Assembly (NCBI GenBank): GCA_045863395.1
Contig: BTVJ01000003.1
Coordinates: 64,001 to 128,000, forward strand
DNA: 64,000 nt
Direction: 5' to 3'
DNA from: Myxococcales bacterium
GTDB taxonomy: Bacteria > Myxococcota_A > UBA9042 > JABWCM01 > BTVJ01
Of this stretch, positions 58,017 to 64,000 are shown one piece after another. Both the position numbers and the translations under genes were made by a program. Numbering within the stretch: the stretch's first letter is position 1; the number at the start of each line of letters is the position of its first letter. The notes under the pieces are model-generated. The model did no database searches. It was not told where the DNA came from and worked only from the letters and a program-made list of their open reading frames with translations.

Positions 58017-59393
58017 TCACTCCTCGATGTGCAGCGCGACACCGAAGTGGTCGCTCAGGTTCGTCTCCGTGGGCGTGCCACCGACGTCGATGGTGACGGG
58101 CTGATCCATGACGCGCGTGGCCGACGTGGTCGGCGTCCAGCCGGTGATCATGACATGATCGATGATCCGGCTCGTCGAGGCGTCGTCGACCAGGTCGTTG
58201 GATGCGCACCAGGTGCAGGCGGGGGGCTCGTTCGCCACGTACGGGGACGTGAAGCCGGCGGCGAGGAGCTTGTCGTAGACGGTGGGGCTCTCTGCGTCGA
58301 TGCTCGGCGGGATTGCGGGCCCCGCGTTCATGTCTCCGAGCAGCAGCGTGGGGCCGCCGCTTGCCTTGGTCGAGATCCACGCGGCCATCTGATCCACCTG
58401 GTGCTCCTGCTCGCCGGCCCAGGTGGTGTACTCCCCCTGATACGGCACGTCGTCCAGGTCGGCGGTGAGGTGGGTGCAGAACGCGTGCACGTCGCCGGAC
58501 GGCCCCGGGACGCGGGCGTGGAGGACCGCGCGGCGCACGAGGTAGGAGTCCATCACCGTGTGGTCCGTATCGGCCAGAGGGACGCGGGACAGGACGAGCA
58601 GGCCGTTTCGCCCCTCGAACGTGTACTTGGCCGACCCCTCGGCGCAGGCCTGGAAGATGGCGTCCACGTCGTTCTTGCCGATGTTCGCCGCCATGCACTG
58701 CTGGCACCCGGGGGAGGTGGCCCCGAACTCCGCGCCGCAGTTCCCGAGCGCGCATCCGGCCAGGTCGTTGGTGCCCGTGCAGTGGAGCTCCACGCACTCC
58801 TTGAGGGGAGCCGCCTCATCCGCGGAGCACGCCGGCTCCTCCGTGTCGTCCGTGCCGCCGTCGGTGATGACGTGGTACTCGTGCGGGAACGCGGTCTTGG
58901 CGCCGTCGATGATCGCGGCGATGTCGCCGGGCTCCCAGACCTCCTGGAGGCAGACCAGGTCGGCGTCCAGGGTGGCCACGGCGTCGACGATTGCGTCCAG
59001 GCGCTCGGCGGCGAGCTTCACGTACCCGTGGGCCAGGCCGGTGTTGAACGTGGCGACCCGCAGGGTGGACGTTCCGCCCGCGTCGCCTGACGCGTCAGTG
59101 GAGCCGCCGGTGTCCGAGGCGCCGCTGTCGGTGCCGCCGGCGTCCGTCCCCCCGGTGTCTGCGGTGCCGCTGTCGGCGCCGCCGGTGTCCCCGCCGCCGG
59201 TGTCCCCGCCGCCGGTGTCCCCGCCGCCGGTGTCCCCCCCATTGGCGTCGGCGGGGCCCGTGTCGGTGCCGCCGCCCGCGTCTCCCGCGGCGTCGACTCC
59301 CGGGGTCCCTCCGCTGGAGTCCGAGTCACACGCAGCGCCACCGACGGCCGTCGCCGTCAGTATCGCCGCCAGCCAGCGCGTCGACTTCTTCAT
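58017..59393 (-). CDS. Endonuclease/exonuclease/phosphatase family lipoprotein
   Basis: Signal ending GAAC, a GGDTG linker, then VATFN, CLQEVW, THL, GDMN, IDHV and SDH. Confidence 0.9.
   Translation of the reverse strand: MKKSTRWLAAILTATAVGGAACDSDSSGGTPGVDAAGDAGGGTDTGPADANGGDTGGGDTGGGDTGGGDTGGADSGTADTGGTDAGGTDSGASDTGGSTDASGDAGGTSTLRVATFNTGLAHGYVKLAAERLDAIVDAVATLDADLVCLQEVWEPGDIAAIIDGAKTAFPHEYHVITDGGTDDTEEPACSADEAAPLKECVELHCTGTNDLAGCALGNCGAEFGATSPGCQQCMAANIGKNDVDAIFQACAEGSAKYTFEGRNGLLVLSRVPLADTDHTVMDSYLVRRAVLHARVPGPSGDVHAFCTHLTADLDDVPYQGEYTTWAGEQEHQVDQMAAWISTKASGGPTLLLGDMNAGPAIPPSIDAESPTVYDKLLAAGFTSPYVANEPPACTWCASNDLVDDASTSRIIDHVMITGWTPTTSATRVMDQPVTIDVGGTPTETNLSDHFGVALHIEE
59176..59235. repeat. 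15-bp coding tandem repeat (4 copies)
   Basis: CCGCCGCCGGTGTCC units, encoding GDTGG on the minus strand. Confidence 0.9.
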
Positions 59394-60310
59394 GGGGGGT
59401 GCCTCCTGTGGTGGGTCTGGGCGCCAGCATTCACCGTGGCGCCCGAGCTGTCAACTGCGGCCAGGGCACGACCGTTGACCAGCGGCCGGGCGACTCCCGT
59501 CGCCCGAAGCAGATCGATGGCACGGCGCGCCTCGTCGCGGGAGGTCCGCCTGTCGAGTCCCGGGATGCGCCGCGCCTCGGCGTAAGGCCAGTACGCGGTC
59601 ATCAGGTTCACCGTCGCGTCGGGCAGGTGTCGCGCCAGCCACTCCAGCGCCGGGCGGGTGCAGCACTCCAGGTGGCCTGGCATCACCAGGTGCCGCGCGA
59701 GGACCTCGCCGCTCCCAGCAGCGCGGCTCAGCATGGCGTGCAACGTGTCACCGTAGGCGCGTGCGCCGGACAGCTCCCGGGCGCAGGCGTCGTTGCCGAA
59801 CTTCAGGTCGGCGAGCCACACGTCCACCACGCCGTCGAGCAGGTCGAGGGTCTCGTCCGTGTCGTAGAGGTTGGTGTTCCAGACGACGCGGGTGTCCGCG
59901 GGGCAGAGCGAGAGCGTGCGCAAGATGGCGAGGAGGTTGACGTCGGGGAGCCCGCCGACGAAGTTCACGTTGCGCGCGCCCTCTGACCGCCTCCGAGCGA
60001 TCGTCGCCGCCAGCGCCGGGGGGTCCACCCTCACGCCAAGGGTCGTGTCGCGGACCTGCGCGTCGTCCGTGCAGAACACGCAGCGGAAGTTGCAGCCCGT
60101 CAGGAAGATGGTGTGTGAAGGGGTGAGGACCTCCTCCTCGCCGTAGTGGACGTACTCTTTGTAAAGGAAGGCGTCGGGGCCCAGGTCGCAGACGCCGCCC
60201 CGGCGGACCCGGCGATCCACCCCGCAGCGCCGGGCGCAGAGCGTGCAGTGGGCATAGGCCCGCTCGGTGGCTTCCACGCGGCGCTCCAGCTCTGCCCTGT
60301 CGACTCGCAT
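59390..60310 (-). CDS. Radical SAM protein, PflX-like
   Basis: N-terminal CTLCARRC, HYGEE, CNFRCVFC, VVWNTN, DLKFGND and RHLVMPGH. Confidence 0.9.
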   Translation of the reverse strand: MRVDRAELERRVEATERAYAHCTLCARRCGVDRRVRRGGVCDLGPDAFLYKEYVHYGEEEVLTPSHTIFLTGCNFRCVFCTDDAQVRDTTLGVRVDPPALAATIARRRSEGARNVNFVGGLPDVNLLAILRTLSLCPADTRVVWNTNLYDTDETLDLLDGVVDVWLADLKFGNDACARELSGARAYGDTLHAMLSRAAGSGEVLARHLVMPGHLECCTRPALEWLARHLPDATVNLMTAYWPYAEARRIPGLDRRTSRDEARRAIDLLRATGVARPLVNGRALAAVDSSGATVNAGAQTHHRRHPP

Positions 60311-60352
60311 GGCCGGACAGGCTATCCACTCGCAGCAGGGGCCGCCAGTGGC

Positions 60353-60382
60353 TTGACGCCCCACCGCGCCGCCGCATAGGCT
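60353..60382 (+). promoter_or_regulatory. Sigma70-type promoter of cysS
   Basis: TTGACG-N18-TAGGCT, followed by an AGGAGG RBS. Confidence 0.5.
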
Positions 60383-60410
60383 ACGGGGCCCCTACAGGAG
60401 GAGACGGACC

Positions 60411-61919
60411 GTGAAGCTCTACAACACCCTGACTCGCCAGAAGGACACGTTCGAGCCCCTGGAGCCCGGAAAGGTCCGAATGTACGTGTGCGGCGTCACG
60501 GTCTACGACATGTGCCACATCGGGCACGCCCGCTTCCTGGTCGCCTTCGACGTGATCTACCGGACGCTCCGCCACCTGGGCTACCAGGTGACCTACGTGC
60601 GCAACTTCACGGACGTGGACGACAAGATCATCAAGCGGGCCAACGAGCGCGGGGTCTCCTGCCAGGCGCTGACCGAGCAGTTCATCGCGGAGTTCTACCG
60701 TGACGTGGACGCGCTGGCGTGCCTGCGCCCGGACGTGGAGCCGCGGGTGACCGGGTACATGCCGCAGATCGTGGCCCTGATCGAGCAGATTGTCGCCAAC
60801 GGCCACGCCTACGTCAGCGAGGGGGATGTCTACTTCGACATCGACTCCTTCCCCGCCTACGGGCGGCTGTCGGGGCGGGTGCTGGAGGACATGCGGGCAG
60901 GCGCCTCGGAGCGCACCGGCGAGGAGGAGGCCCGCAAGCGCAACCCCATGGACTTCGCCCTGTGGAAGGCGTCGAAGCCCGGCGAGCCCATGTGGGACAG
61001 TCCGTGGGGGAATGGGCGGCCCGGCTGGCACATCGAGTGCTCCGCCATGAGCGTGACCAACCTGGGGGCGCCCTTCGACATCCACGGGGGCGGCAAGGAC
61101 CTCGTGTTCCCACACCACGAGAACGAGCTCGCCCAGTCGGAGGCCGGCTATCGCAAGGAGTTCGCGCGGTACTGGATGCACAACGGCTTCGTCAACGTGG
61201 ACAACGAGAAGATGTCCAAGTCACTGGGCAACTTCTTCACCATCCGCGACGTGCTGGAGCGATACCACCCGCAGGTGGTGCGCACCTTCCTCTTGTCCAC
61301 CCACTACCGGAGCCCCATCAACTTCAGCGACAAGGCCCTCGACGAGGCGACCCGTCGCGTGATGTACGTCTACGAGACGCTGGAGAAGCTGGACCGCGTG
61401 CTCGCCGAGGAGGCCGCGCTGGGCGACGGGACCACGCGGGAGCCGGAGCTGCCGGATCTGGTCAAGGGCCTCCTGCCGGCCTTCCACGAGGCGATGACGG
61501 ACGACTTCAACACCCCGAAGGCCCTGGCGGCGTTGGCGGATGTCATGCGCTTCGCCAACGAGCTGGCGGACCGCGGCAAGAAGAAGGCGCCCCACAAGGC
61601 CCCGACGCTGCGGGCCATTCGGGACCGCATCGCGACCATCGCGGAGGTGCTCGGGGTCTTCCACCTGGACCCGGCCACCGTGCTGGCGGAGATCCAGGCG
61701 CAGCTCGTGGGGCGCCTCGGTGTGCCGCAGGAGGCGGTGGAGGAGCGCGTGGCCGCCCGGGTGGCGGCTCGGGTGGCCAAGGACTGGGCCGGGGCGGACG
61801 CGATCCGCGCGGAGCTTGCGGCGCTCGGGGTGGAGGTCATGGACACGCCGTCGGGCACCTGCTGGAAGGTGCTGCCCCGGTGCGAGGCCGCCGAGGACGA
61901 CGCGGCCGGCGCCCCGTGA
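60411..61919 (+). CDS. cysS: Cysteine--tRNA ligase
   Basis: MYVCG, HIGH, GRPGWHIECS, FPHHENE and KMSKS. Confidence 0.98.
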   Translation: MKLYNTLTRQKDTFEPLEPGKVRMYVCGVTVYDMCHIGHARFLVAFDVIYRTLRHLGYQVTYVRNFTDVDDKIIKRANERGVSCQALTEQFIAEFYRDVDALACLRPDVEPRVTGYMPQIVALIEQIVANGHAYVSEGDVYFDIDSFPAYGRLSGRVLEDMRAGASERTGEEEARKRNPMDFALWKASKPGEPMWDSPWGNGRPGWHIECSAMSVTNLGAPFDIHGGGKDLVFPHHENELAQSEAGYRKEFARYWMHNGFVNVDNEKMSKSLGNFFTIRDVLERYHPQVVRTFLLSTHYRSPINFSDKALDEATRRVMYVYETLEKLDRVLAEEAALGDGTTREPELPDLVKGLLPAFHEAMTDDFNTPKALAALADVMRFANELADRGKKKAPHKAPTLRAIRDRIATIAEVLGVFHLDPATVLAEIQAQLVGRLGVPQEAVEERVAARVAARVAKDWAGADAIRAELAALGVEVMDTPSGTCWKVLPRCEAAEDDAAGAP

Positions 61920-62755
61920 AGGTCCTCGTCCTGGCGGACGGCGTGCGAGCCGACCGGGTGGTCCAGGAGCTCGAGCGAGCCGGCCACAAGGCGGTCGTCG
62001 CCGGCGGGCGCAGCGTCGTCGTGACGATCATTCGCGCCGTGCGGCCCGACGCCCTGCTTGGCGTCTCGGATGATCCCGCATCGACGAGGGACTTCCTGGG
62101 CGCGGTGGAGGGTGCGGGCGGGCTGCCAGTCCTGGCGCTGGCGTCGCTGGCGGCTGCCGACGAGGTGGCGCTTGTCGTCGCCGCCTTGGCGGGGCACGCG
62201 GGAGCAGTGCGGTCCGAGGGGGCAGCGCGGGTCGGCCCGGTGCGCGCCGAGCCGTCGCGCGTGGAGCCCCAGCGAGCGGGCCCTCTTGGCGCCGCGCCCG
62301 GGCTGCCCGTCACCCCGCCGCCCGTCCCGCGCGTCTCCGCGCAGGCCCCGCACGTGACGCCCCCGGCGCCTCCCGAGCGCCCGCTACGTCACGGACGGCC
62401 GGTCGTCGGGCCAGCCGGCGTCGGAACGCCGGAACGGCGCGCGACGGGCCCGGACGGTGACGCGACCCGGGAGCTGGTCCGCGTCGCGCTGGAGCAGGCA
62501 CGGGTGGGGACCTACTTCGACCTGCTGGGACTCGCCCCCGGCGCGACGCCGGAGGTCATCCGGCAGCGTGTGGCGGCGATGACCGCGGCGCTCCGCCCCG
62601 AGCGGATCCCGGGGCCGCTCGACGCGGAGCTGGTGCGCGCCCTCGGGGAGGTCGGCCGCGCCCTCGACGATGCGCTCTACGTCCTGGGTGACGAGGAGCT
62701 GCGGCCACGCTACGCGGCGGCGATCACACGGAGCAGCGCCGGCCCGCACCCCTGA
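61916..62755 (+). CDS. Hypothetical protein: degenerate receiver-like N-terminus, Pro-rich linker, J-domain-like C-terminus
   Basis: The GTG start overlaps the cysS stop. N-terminus VKVLVLAD...VRPDALL; C-terminus TYFDLLGL...LRPE...ALYVLGDEELRPRY. Confidence 0.65.
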   Translation: MKVLVLADGVRADRVVQELERAGHKAVVAGGRSVVVTIIRAVRPDALLGVSDDPASTRDFLGAVEGAGGLPVLALASLAAADEVALVVAALAGHAGAVRSEGAARVGPVRAEPSRVEPQRAGPLGAAPGLPVTPPPVPRVSAQAPHVTPPAPPERPLRHGRPVVGPAGVGTPERRATGPDGDATRELVRVALEQARVGTYFDLLGLAPGATPEVIRQRVAAMTAALRPERIPGPLDAELVRALGEVGRALDDALYVLGDEELRPRYAAAITRSSAGPHP

Positions 62756-62765
62756 GGAGGACCTG

Positions 62766-63305
62766 ATGTCGATGCGCCGGATCGTCTACTACCCCCACGA
62801 GGTGCTCGCCACCCGCGCCCCGGACGTCACGAACGTCGACGGCGACTTGGTGCGCCTGCTCGACGACATGGCGGAGACCATGTACCACGCACGAGGCATT
62901 GGCCTCGCCGCGCCGCAGGTGGGCGTCAGCGCCCGCGTGATCACCGTCGACGTGTCGGGGCCCGAGGACCGAGGCAGGGGGCTGCTCCAGCTCGTCAACC
63001 CGCGCATCGTCGAGTCCCACGGCGAGGGCGCCATGGAGGAGGGCTGCCTCAGCTTCCCGGGCATCGCCGCCGAGATCAAGCGCCCGAGCGAGATCCTCGT
63101 GCAGGCGTGGGACCGGGATGGCCGCGAGCTGCAGATCACCGCCGGCGGGCTGCTGGCCGTGTGCCTGCAGCACGAGATCGACCACCTGGACGGGGTGACC
63201 TTCGTCGACCACCTGACCGGCCTGCGGAAGAAGCTGGTCATGCGGGAGTATGCGCGCGCCCGCCGGCAGCTCGAGATCGAGGAGACCGTGCGCGTCCCGA
63301 GGTGA
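62766..63305 (+). CDS. def: Peptide deformylase
   Basis: GIGLAAPQVG, EGCLS and QHEIDHLDG. Confidence 0.97.
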   Translation: MSMRRIVYYPHEVLATRAPDVTNVDGDLVRLLDDMAETMYHARGIGLAAPQVGVSARVITVDVSGPEDRGRGLLQLVNPRIVESHGEGAMEEGCLSFPGIAAEIKRPSEILVQAWDRDGRELQITAGGLLAVCLQHEIDHLDGVTFVDHLTGLRKKLVMREYARARRQLEIEETVRVPR

Positions 63306-63311
63306 TCGCCC

Positions 63312-64000
63312 ATGACTCACGCCGCTCGTCCGCTCCGCATCGTCTTCATGGGCACACCTGACTTTGCGGTGCCCTCGCTGCAGGCGCTGGTGGACGCCGG
63401 CGAGGACGTGGTCGCCGTCGTCACGCAGCCCGACCGCCCCAAAGGACGCAGCCCCCTCCCCGCGCCGCCGCCCGTCAAGGAGCTGGCGCTGCGCCTGGGG
63501 ATCCCCGTCCACCAGCCGAAGAGCCTCCGGAAGGGCACGTTCCCGGAGATCTTCGCAGCCTTGGCCCCCGATCTTGCCGTCGTGGTGGCCTACGGGCGCA
63601 TCATCCCCAAGGACATGCTCGCTGTGCCTCCCATGGGCTTCGTGAACGTGCACGCCTCGCTGCTTCCGCGGTGGCGCGGTGCGGCGCCGATCCAGGCGTG
63701 CCTGCGGGCCGGCGACCCGGTGACCGGCGTCACGATCATGCAGCTCGACGAGGGGCTCGACACGGGGGACATCCTGTCCATGGTGGAGCACCCCATCGGA
63801 GTTGGGACCACCGCGGGGGACCTCCACGACGCCCTGAGCGTGCTCGGCGCGGGGGCGCTGCTCGGTGCGCTCCCGTCGCTGAAGGACGGGACGGCGCACC
63901 CACGCAAGCAGGACGACGCCCTGGCGACCCACGCCCCCATGCTCACCAAGGAGGATGGCCGCGTGCCCTGGGAGGAGCCGGCGGACGCCGTGCAGCGCCA
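63312..64000 (+). CDS. fmt: Methionyl-tRNA formyltransferase, truncated by window edge
   Basis: Translated by hand: RIVFMGTPDFAVPSL, VVTQPDRP, VVAYG, NVHASLLPRWRGAAPIQ and GLDTGD; follows def. Confidence 0.96.
   Translation, partial: MTHAARPLRIVFMGTPDFAVPSLQALVDAGEDVVAVVTQPDRPKGRSPLPAPPPVKELALRLGIPVHQPKSLRKGTFPEIFAALAPDLAVVVAYGRIIPKDMLAVPPMGFVNVHASLLPRWRGAAPIQACLRAGDPVTGVTIMQLDEGLDTGDILSMVEHPIGVGTTAGDLHDALSVLGAGALLGALPSLKDGTAHPRKQDDALATHAPMLTKEDGRVPWEEPADAVQR

Noticed and set aside
51004..59235. 27-bp and 15-bp tandem repeats as possible CRISPR arrays
   Set aside because: They have no spacers, are in-frame within linker-coding regions, and no cas genes are present.
48123..60310. Complete AmmeMemoRadiSam system (MEMO1-like plus radical SAM)
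   Set aside because: The genes are over 10 kb apart, the radical SAM looks PflX-like, and no AMMECR1-like gene is present.

Overview
This is a very GC-rich chromosomal segment from what appears to be a Myxococcota / deltaproteobacterium-like organism. The basis is gene content: a FrzS-like protein, a CglB-like vWA lipoprotein, Cys-rich repeat lipoproteins and the ftsH-folP-cdaA-cdaR-glmM block. Most of the window is housekeeping: plsB, nadA, tilS, ftsH, folP, cdaA, cdaR, glmM, nnr, clpP, rpsA, pgsA, nadB, panBC, tlyA, xseB, cca, cysS, def and fmt, interspersed with envelope and lipoprotein genes. The most notable part is 1-6.5 kb, an apparently self-contained redox sensing and electron-transfer module. 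A histidine kinase with two periplasmic CxxCH motifs and a Cys-rich PAS region, plus a sigma54 enhancer-binding response regulator, is divergent from a four-gene operon. That operon encodes a small membrane protein, a cyclic-nucleotide-binding-fold domain fused to a tetraheme cytochrome c, a Tat-exported 4x[4Fe-4S] NrfC-like protein and an NrfD-like membrane protein. The intergenic DNA shows two perfect tandem CCTGACA-N3-TGTCAGG palindromes, an IHF-like site and a -24/-12 promoter. Other signals are a 169-bp CTAG-bounded foldback (MITE-like) element, a pan-motif-like RNA hairpin before panB, a MepA-HEAT fusion operon, a ~1370-aa lipoprotein built almost entirely of Cys repeats, and two small ORFs. 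I saw no rRNA, tRNA, CRISPR array, transposase or prophage genes. All calls come from reading motifs by eye; no database searches were run.
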